From positions 8,563 to 72,562 of IMG/VR virus record IMGVR_UViG_3300028797_000159: a stretch of 64,000 bases of DNA; one strand, written 5' to 3'. The DNA comes from a virus. Its lineage: Duplodnaviria > Caudoviricetes. Made by a program: the position numbers and the translations under genes. Numbering within the stretch: position 1 is the stretch's first letter; each line of letters opens with the position of its first letter. The notes below the pieces were generated by a model. The model saw nothing but the letters and a program-made list of their open reading frames with translations. It was not told where the DNA came from and did not search any database. Below, piece after piece: positions 58,188-64,000 of this stretch.

Positions 58188-58812
58188 ATATAGATATTTA
58201 ATAAGCCTAGACCCATCATTTACTAGAACAGGTATATGTATAATCGATTTAGTAGAAAAGAAAATATATTTTTATACAGCATCACATAAAATAGGTGAAA
58301 AGCAGTTTGAGAATATCGTTCATGCAGCACAATCAATTACATCACAGATACAAGCAATAATAAAAGAAAATTGTGGAAATGATTATATACTTATAAGTGA
58401 AGCCCCCTTGCCGATGAGCTCGATGAGCGCAGCCTTATATTCATTAGACACACTAATATATAATGAATTTGAATCACATATAAAAATGTCATATAATCCA
58501 GCGACTTTACGCTCTAGAATACATGGTAGAAAATATGATAAAAATGATTCTGTAAATTTAGCTTCAAAATATCTTAAAATTCTTGAAGATAATGGGTATA
58601 TTATTAATACAGCGATAGGAACAAAAAAGAAACTAACACACGATAATGCAGAAGCATTTTTATATGCACATTTATATCTACATGATAATGGCAATAATGA
58701 ATTTCAATTTGACAATTCCCAAGAAATAGCTGCATATAAACAGAGAATGAAACAGTTAAAAGAGCGAGAAAAGTTATTATTAAAAGAGGGGCAAAACAAT
58801 GAACGAATTTAA
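58168..58812 (+). CDS. RuvC-like Holliday junction resolvase
   Basis: ISLDPSFTRTG, ISEAP, HDNAEAF (RNase H fold acidic residues). Confidence 0.75.
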   Translation: MKAQKIEYRYLISLDPSFTRTGICIIDLVEKKIYFYTASHKIGEKQFENIVHAAQSITSQIQAIIKENCGNDYILISEAPLPMSSMSAALYSLDTLIYNEFESHIKMSYNPATLRSRIHGRKYDKNDSVNLASKYLKILEDNGYIINTAIGTKKKLTHDNAEAFLYAHLYLHDNGNNEFQFDNSQEIAAYKQRMKQLKEREKLLLKEGQNNERI

Positions 58813-59008
58813 AGTTGATGGTTATACTATTGTTGAAGATGAAGTAAAACATGACGATGTTGTTACTGTTATTAATGATTATTATGATAGTCGTGAAATT
58901 TGTGAATATGCAATACCTATTCCAGAGACACCTTCATTGCATTATACAGTAGTAAAAGAAGCGCCTAAAAATGATAAAGAATATTTTGATGTGAATTATG
59001 CACTATGA
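58799..59008 (+). CDS. hypothetical protein
   Basis: coupled ORF. Confidence 0.65.
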   Translation: MNEFKVDGYTIVEDEVKHDDVVTVINDYYDSREICEYAIPIPETPSLHYTVVKEAPKNDKEYFDVNYAL

Positions 59009-59400
59009 GTACAAAAGTAAAAATTATAATTGCAGTAATTGTAGTTCTTATTAGTATTGCATCCGTTGTAGGATTGTTTGTTTACATTAATCATTTAAAC
59101 AATAAGATAAGTGATTTAAATGTAACTGTTGATGCACAATCGCATGTTATTGAGACACTGCAAAATGAAGTTGACAGTCTAAACACAAATCTTATTGTTT
59201 ATCATGAGACATTGAATACAATTAGTGATTATATTGAAAATGTAGAAAAATTAAAATCAAATGACTCTGCAATAAAACAGGCAATCTATGAAGAGGTAAT
59301 TTCCAATCCAGAATCTATGGAGTGGTTTAATGAAAAACTTCCTGATAATATTATTTCTATTATTAATGACCGTGCTGCTGACGGGATGTGTAACAACTAA
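59005..59400 (+). CDS. i-spanin (Rz-like)
   Basis: N-terminal TM, coiled coil, overlaps downstream lipoprotein. Confidence 0.75.
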   Translation: MSTKVKIIIAVIVVLISIASVVGLFVYINHLNNKISDLNVTVDAQSHVIETLQNEVDSLNTNLIVYHETLNTISDYIENVEKLKSNDSAIKQAIYEEVISNPESMEWFNEKLPDNIISIINDRAADGMCNN

Positions 59401-59626
59401 AACAATTGTTGAGTATAAGTACGTAAAGCCTGATATACCACAGCATTTACTTGAGCCCTGTGAGAACGTTCCTGTCTCAATAACTACAAATGGCGAATTA
59501 GTAACAGCGTATATTACACTGCAAACAGAGTATCTTGTGTGCTCTTCAAAAGTAACTTCGATTGCGACAATCCTTAAATCTTATGACGATAACTATAGCA
59601 ATCAAGATAATAAAGAAGAGAAATAA
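59330..59626 (+). CDS. o-spanin (Rz1-like lipoprotein)
   Basis: LLTGC lipobox; P..P..LL.PC. Confidence 0.8.
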   Translation: MKNFLIILFLLLMTVLLTGCVTTKTIVEYKYVKPDIPQHLLEPCENVPVSITTNGELVTAYITLQTEYLVCSSKVTSIATILKSYDDNYSNQDNKEEK

Positions 59627-59657
59627 ATTTACACACATATGATGTGTAAATTAAAAA

Positions 59658-59681
59658 TCCCATATAGTTAACTATATGGGA
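59658..59681. terminator. perfect 24 bp palindrome (copy 3 of 3)
   Basis: identical to 41431. Confidence 0.8.
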
Positions 59682-59688
59682 TTTTTAT

Positions 59689-59808
59689 TTTGTATCAGAT
59701 AATGAATCGAAAATCCCTGATACAGTTTGATACAATTTTTTAGTTTACAATGGGTCGGAATTAGCGTATAATAAGGCCATCAATTGAACGGAAATGGATT
59801 CGTTCAAT
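59689..59808 (+). promoter_or_regulatory. repeated promoter element copy 21
   Basis: same architecture. Confidence 0.85.
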
Positions 59809-59833
59809 TAGTTAACAATCATTGGAGGTTATT

Positions 59834-60070
59834 ATGTCTATGTGGCAGATCGAAATTGAAGAATACAATCGCATGGTGCAAGATTCATTCCCTGCTGAAC
59901 GTGAATACTTCAGAACAAAAGAGGAAGCTTTGAATTTCGCAAATTCTATCGATAACTCATGTTGCGATTGTTGGATTTGGTTAACTGAGCTCATTGAGGA
60001 TCCTGAATTTCCTGGCAGCTATATGGACACTAATAATAAGGTTTGTCTTCAATCAGTAGAAATTGATTAA
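59834..60070 (+). CDS. hypothetical protein, paralog of 32010..32240
   Basis: start after GGAGG. Confidence 0.8.
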   Translation: MSMWQIEIEEYNRMVQDSFPAEREYFRTKEEALNFANSIDNSCCDCWIWLTELIEDPEFPGSYMDTNNKVCLQSVEID

Positions 60071-60087
60071 ACATAAGGAGATATCCT

Positions 60088-60309
60088 ATGTACGTTAAAA
60101 CTGAAATTGACATAAGCGATCTTGATCGTCTTTTATGGAGCAGGGCTGCAGATAAATGGGCAAATGCAACTGATGAACAGCGTCTGCTTATATGGGATGC
60201 TATTGTTGACATCTTCTGTGATAATGCAGATGAATATCCTGATATGACAACCATAAATGACTTCGTTTGGTTTGAGTGTGATGATATATTCAATGATAGC
60301 GGAGATTAA
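60088..60309 (+). CDS. hypothetical protein
   Basis: AAGGAG RBS. Confidence 0.75.
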   Translation: MYVKTEIDISDLDRLLWSRAADKWANATDEQRLLIWDAIVDIFCDNADEYPDMTTINDFVWFECDDIFNDSGD

Positions 60310-60316
60310 TTTATTT

Positions 60317-60427
60317 ATGAGTGCAATCACAGTTTCAGCTATATTCTGTGGTGTATGTGTGTTTTTTGCATTATATGTCATTGAAGCTGTTAAGTTTGTA
60401 AAAGAGTTTAACAACGGTGATGAATAA
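60317..60427 (+). CDS. small single-TM peptide (36 aa)
   Basis: hydrophobic N-terminal half. Confidence 0.55.
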   Translation: MSAITVSAIFCGVCVFFALYVIEAVKFVKEFNNGDE

Positions 60428-60480
60428 ATTTAATTCATTCATCTATATAAATTTAAGATATAAGTGATGGGTAAGGAAAT

Positions 60481-60714
60481 ATGACATTTACAGAGGCTAA
60501 AAAGATTTTAGAACTCCATAATTTATGGAGACGTGATAATCATGTGCCTAATAAATATGAAATGGTAAATCCTACTGAATTAGGCATTGCAATCGAAACA
60601 GCAATAGAAGCTCTAAGTGGCTGCATAGGTTCAGAATGTGAATCATATAGTGATATAGTAAGCAACTATCGTGAGCTCCATTACCTTCAACATAAAGTTA
60701 ACTTTGATGATTAA
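60481..60714 (+). CDS. hypothetical protein
   Basis: AAGGA RBS. Confidence 0.7.
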   Translation: MTFTEAKKILELHNLWRRDNHVPNKYEMVNPTELGIAIETAIEALSGCIGSECESYSDIVSNYRELHYLQHKVNFDD

Positions 60715-60732
60715 ATAAAAGGAAAAATAAAT

Positions 60733-61143
60733 ATGAGTACACGTTCAAATGTCATTCTTGTTACGCCTGACAATAAAGCACATCAGTTATATCATCATTG
60801 TGATGGTTATCTTTCAGGCGTAGGTGAGGAGTTACGCCATCATCTTGTATATTCTATTGGTTTAAAACAGATTATAAAAGATGTTCAGTTGTATGATATT
60901 CTTTCAAGTGTTATTTTGTCTGATAGTGATTATGAGGACGAATATAAAATGGACATGAATATCCACAATAGACTTCATGCAGATATTGAGTTTCTGTATG
61001 TTATTAAAGATGAACGTCTTTATTATGTAGACGAATGGGATATGTGCCACAAGGTTAATACATACAAAGATCTTATTGATTATGTATGCACTGATAAACA
61101 TGCTATCGTCTTGGATAAACGTCTTCATGATTTGAAAGACTAA
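60733..61143 (+). CDS. conserved phage hypothetical protein
   Basis: MSTRS...Y.H.DGY..GVG motif recalled from phage proteins. Confidence 0.75.
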   Translation: MSTRSNVILVTPDNKAHQLYHHCDGYLSGVGEELRHHLVYSIGLKQIIKDVQLYDILSSVILSDSDYEDEYKMDMNIHNRLHADIEFLYVIKDERLYYVDEWDMCHKVNTYKDLIDYVCTDKHAIVLDKRLHDLKD

Positions 61144-61163
61144 TTTAAACTGTGAGGTAGATT

Positions 61164-61406
61164 ATGAATAAGTATAAAGTTACTGCTGTATTTATCAATA
61201 AAGACGCTGAACACCCTGTTTATCCATATAATCGTCATTACCATCATGAATATTATAAGACTCTAAAAGAAGCAAAAGCAAGATTTGAATCTTTTAAATC
61301 TTGTAAAGATACTATGTTATTTATAAATAGAGAATCTGATGGTCAATGTTTAAAATCTGGTATGTCAGACAATGTAGTAGCTAATGGAAAATTTTCTTTT
61401 GAGTAA
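61164..61406 (+). CDS. hypothetical protein, close paralog of 32263..32505
   Basis: near-identical. Confidence 0.8.
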   Translation: MNKYKVTAVFINKDAEHPVYPYNRHYHHEYYKTLKEAKARFESFKSCKDTMLFINRESDGQCLKSGMSDNVVANGKFSFE

Positions 61407-61427
61407 TTAAATATATTTACCATCATA

Positions 61428-61557
61428 TTTGTATCAAAATTCCATCGATAATAAATCAAAAATCCCTGATACAAAAATGATACAAAAATTTTGTTTACAA
61501 GCCACTTGGTTTGCAGTATAATATACCCATAAATTGAGTGAGAATGGACTTACTCAA
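61428..61557 (+). promoter_or_regulatory. repeated promoter element copy 22
   Basis: same architecture. Confidence 0.85.
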
Positions 61558-61576
61558 TAGACTATGGAGTGATAAA

Positions 61577-61753
61577 ATGACTGTTGCTGATTTGATTGCA
61601 AAACTTCAGGAATTTGATGTTGATAAACAGGTTAAAATGGAGCTCACCGATGATTATCGGGACCGTTGCTATGATATGACTAATGATGATATTCGGTTTG
61701 ATGAGTATGAAGATGCTGTTGTGTTTAATGGATCAACCCTATCTTTGTGGTAA
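61577..61753 (+). CDS. hypothetical protein
   Basis: start after GGAG; MTVADLIAKLQEF. Confidence 0.7.
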   Translation: MTVADLIAKLQEFDVDKQVKMELTDDYRDRCYDMTNDDIRFDEYEDAVVFNGSTLSLW

Positions 61754-61793
61754 ACTATATTGATTAAATATTTAATAATCATTGGAGGTTATT

Positions 61794-62264
61794 ATGAATC
61801 TTAGCAAAACATTTGAATTTCCTAAAATTGCATTTTATGGTAAACGTAGGGTTAATAAACCAACAGTTGAGATGTCACTTAAATCTATAGACGGCAAATA
61901 TTGTTTGTCAATCTGTGGTGATATTTGGAATGCAACACAAACTGATGTTATTATGTGTGGTCAGTGCCTTGATGAAATGGATAATTATAAATCATTGCAT
62001 GATGACAATACATTTAAAACGTTATATCGTTTATGGAAGCTCTATCACAATAATAATCTCCATCATGGAACAAAAGCACAAGAGTGTGCTTTAATTGACC
62101 ATTTTGGTAAATATCCTAGATATGAAATAGCATGTGAATACCTTAAAAATATAGGTTTATATGAAGATGAAAATGAAGGTGGATATGTTTATGGATCTAA
62201 ATACCTGTATTGGGAAATTCCTGCTGATGATATAAAGCTTATTAAAGAAATGCTTGAAGATTAA
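61794..62264 (+). CDS. conserved phage hypothetical protein
   Basis: LSICG..GQCLDE..WK.YH.N..H.GT..Q pattern; GGAGG RBS. Confidence 0.75.
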   Translation: MNLSKTFEFPKIAFYGKRRVNKPTVEMSLKSIDGKYCLSICGDIWNATQTDVIMCGQCLDEMDNYKSLHDDNTFKTLYRLWKLYHNNNLHHGTKAQECALIDHFGKYPRYEIACEYLKNIGLYEDENEGGYVYGSKYLYWEIPADDIKLIKEMLED

Positions 62265-62346
62265 TTATAATTTACAATTCGTAGTATATTTAGTATAATA
62301 ATATTAAATATACTACTTATCATTTATCATTATAGGAGATCATAAA

Positions 62347-62601
62347 ATGGCAAAGGATAATAAATATTGCAATGAATATTTGTTGTCAATTCTTAATATT
62401 GTTGATGACTACTGTTTTATGATGAATAATGGAAAATCTAAATTTGTAAAAATGAAATCATATAACGATTGTGTTAACTTTATAAACAATGAGGCTGATC
62501 GTTTTATTGAAAATGGGTATGACTCTACAAAAGTTAACAATGTTAGAGATAAACAACTACTTAATGTAAAGTATAATGCTAAATATATTGGAATAATTTA
62601 A
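62347..62601 (+). CDS. hypothetical protein
   Basis: AGGAG RBS. Confidence 0.7.
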   Translation: MAKDNKYCNEYLLSILNIVDDYCFMMNNGKSKFVKMKSYNDCVNFINNEADRFIENGYDSTKVNNVRDKQLLNVKYNAKYIGII

Positions 62602-62656
62602 ATAGCATTATCATAGTATTCTTTATATAAACTATTTATAATACGGAGATTAAAAT

Positions 62657-63535
62657 ATGGCATTTGTTTCCACTTCTAAATCAAGCTCAATTCGCGATAT
62701 TGAAAATAAATATGGAATTAACATGACTGACTGTACACGAGCACAGCTTGATGGACTTACTTCAGGTAATAGTAAATATAAAGCTATTAAAAAATATGAT
62801 GACCTTCTACTAAATCATAGGCAGTTTGACATTGCAAATATGACTGATGTTGAACGTGCTAATCTAAAATATCTTGTTATGTCAACAGATGAGATGCTTG
62901 ATATTATTAAACGTAAATCAAAAAGTATTTATTATAAACCACAAGAAGCACGTTTGCGTTGGCTAATGTCATACAACGACTTCTATCAGATTTGTGTATA
63001 TAAGCTTCTATTGAATGATGGAATCCTTAGATTTAATGGGAATTATAAACTTGAGCCAGCAATTCATTGTTGGTTTATGCGCGTTGCTATGTGGCAAACC
63101 CATAGGAAAGTGTCTGTCGCTGATGAAGTGACAATCCTTGATAGACCATGTAATGATGATACAGATACTACAATCGGTGATTTGATGTTGAAAGATGAAT
63201 CTACTGAGATTGATGCTCTTAGCTTAGATACATCTTATATGATTAAATCTATTTTAGACCAGCTAGATAAAAAATGTTCTAAGAATCTTGTATTAAAAGC
63301 AGGTGAATATTCTATCCCAATGAGTGAATATGCAATTGCTAAATTGTTCCTTATTCATAAATTGGGTAAAAAAGAATTATCTAAAATGCTGTTTAATACG
63401 AAAAATAATAAACTTGTGAGCAATCAAATTTTTAATAAATTCTATAAAAATACGCTTTCACATATTGCTACACTGCTAAATAGTGAACTTAACAAAACAG
63501 GCGAATCATTTGAGTTTAATACTGATGAACTATAA
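62657..63535 (+). CDS. divergent sigma70-like factor (candidate)
   Basis: region-2-like DFYQ..RFN...WF.R and region-3.2-like LDRP..DD.DTTIGDL. Confidence 0.5.
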   Translation: MAFVSTSKSSSIRDIENKYGINMTDCTRAQLDGLTSGNSKYKAIKKYDDLLLNHRQFDIANMTDVERANLKYLVMSTDEMLDIIKRKSKSIYYKPQEARLRWLMSYNDFYQICVYKLLLNDGILRFNGNYKLEPAIHCWFMRVAMWQTHRKVSVADEVTILDRPCNDDTDTTIGDLMLKDESTEIDALSLDTSYMIKSILDQLDKKCSKNLVLKAGEYSIPMSEYAIAKLFLIHKLGKKELSKMLFNTKNNKLVSNQIFNKFYKNTLSHIATLLNSELNKTGESFEFNTDEL

Positions 63536-63546
63536 GGGGATATATT

Positions 63547-64000
63547 ATGTCATGGGACATTTATATTTATGCTGAAACTAAATCAAAGGATTCAAATGAA
63601 TGGAAGCCTTTATATGATAAACCTTTATTTGAATCTTATAAATTATATAAAGATGATTTTTATGATTCATTTAAAAATATAAAAGCATCTGATTGTAGTA
63701 TTAATGATGTAAAAACAATACAGCCAACATTATTTAATACATCTGCAGATGTTATGGTAAAATGTTGTAGCTTACATGATTTTACTGAACATTATAAAAC
63801 TATAGTTAATAATTTTAATTTGAAATTAAGGTCAGCATATCTTGCACTCGATTTAGGAATCACTGTTGATTATGATGATATTTATGTAGAACAGGAATTT
63901 GAGTCTGAAGATTCTGATAATAATGAAAATGTTTTATTTAGTAGAATGACAAATCCTGTTAGTAAGAAACTTATGATTGATCTTGCAAATTCATTTAATG
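63547..64000 (+). CDS. partial hypothetical protein (5' end)
   Basis: open frame from ATG 63547 (AAGGGG RBS) to window edge. Confidence 0.75.
   Translation, partial: MSWDIYIYAETKSKDSNEWKPLYDKPLFESYKLYKDDFYDSFKNIKASDCSINDVKTIQPTLFNTSADVMVKCCSLHDFTEHYKTIVNNFNLKLRSAYLALDLGITVDYDDIYVEQEFESEDSDNNENVLFSRMTNPVSKKLMIDLANSFN

Noticed and set aside
3961-60904. other alternative-frame or antisense track ORFs (e.g. 3961, 4361, 6402, 13481, 14122, 14440, 16586, 17468, 17994, 22534, 35194, 39188, 41677, 42369, 44850, 45641, 47463, 47664, 52272, 57509, 57935, 58383, 58604, 60030, 60133, 60904)
   Set aside because: fully overlap better-supported genes or promoters and lack RBS or motifs
1507-61576. track starts inside the leader hairpin (1507, 18313, 22100, 29235, 44658, 45421, 61538)
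   Set aside because: these ATGs lie at the presumed transcript 5' end with no RBS; downstream ATGs have clear Shine-Dalgarno sites
1-64000. genome-wide TAG or TGA recoding
   Set aside because: long conserved enzymes (ligase, RtcB, Thg1-like, RM fusion) are intact under code 11, TAG ends several genes at plausible termini, and only one internal TAG was seen

Overview
A 64 kb segment of a large, very AT-rich tailed (probably jumbo) phage genome; an overlapping Rz/Rz1-type spanin pair points to a Gram-negative host. Nearly all genes are on the + strand, arranged as early/accessory modules, most starting at one of 22 copies of an elaborate promoter element (phased GATAC boxes, TTTACA-17-TATAAT, then a 5' leader hairpin). 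Recognisable functions: nucleotide metabolism and DNA modification (ThyX, dUTPase, dNMP kinase, a T4 gp42-like dCMP hydroxymethylase, a 5hmdU-DNA-kinase-family protein), RNA repair (Rnl1, RtcB, Thg1-like), DNA ligase, DenV, RuvC-like resolvase, SSB-like and clamp-loader-like proteins, a sigma-like factor, a type IIG-like RM fusion, two amidoligases plus a class II glutamine amidotransferase, lysis enzymes and a trypsin-like lipoprotein protease. RNA genes: six canonical tRNAs plus one atypical tRNA-like element. Highlights: (1) tRNA-Ile(UAU) is split by a complete 238-nt group I intron next to a free-standing endonuclease; (2) three homing-endonuclease insertions (ligase, rtcB, ruvC) each leave an intact gene on one side and a divergent displaced copy of that gene's end on the other; (3) a dCMP-type hydroxymethylase co-occurs with a hydroxymethyl-pyrimidine DNA kinase family gene, hinting at unusual cytosine hypermodification; (4) a shared [LF]E[SA]RIxxLEK peptide at the termini of unrelated proteins may be a virion-packaging signal; (5) an iteron/palindrome-rich ori candidate at 3.07-4.3 kb. 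All calls are from reading the sequence and recalled family motifs; no searches were run.
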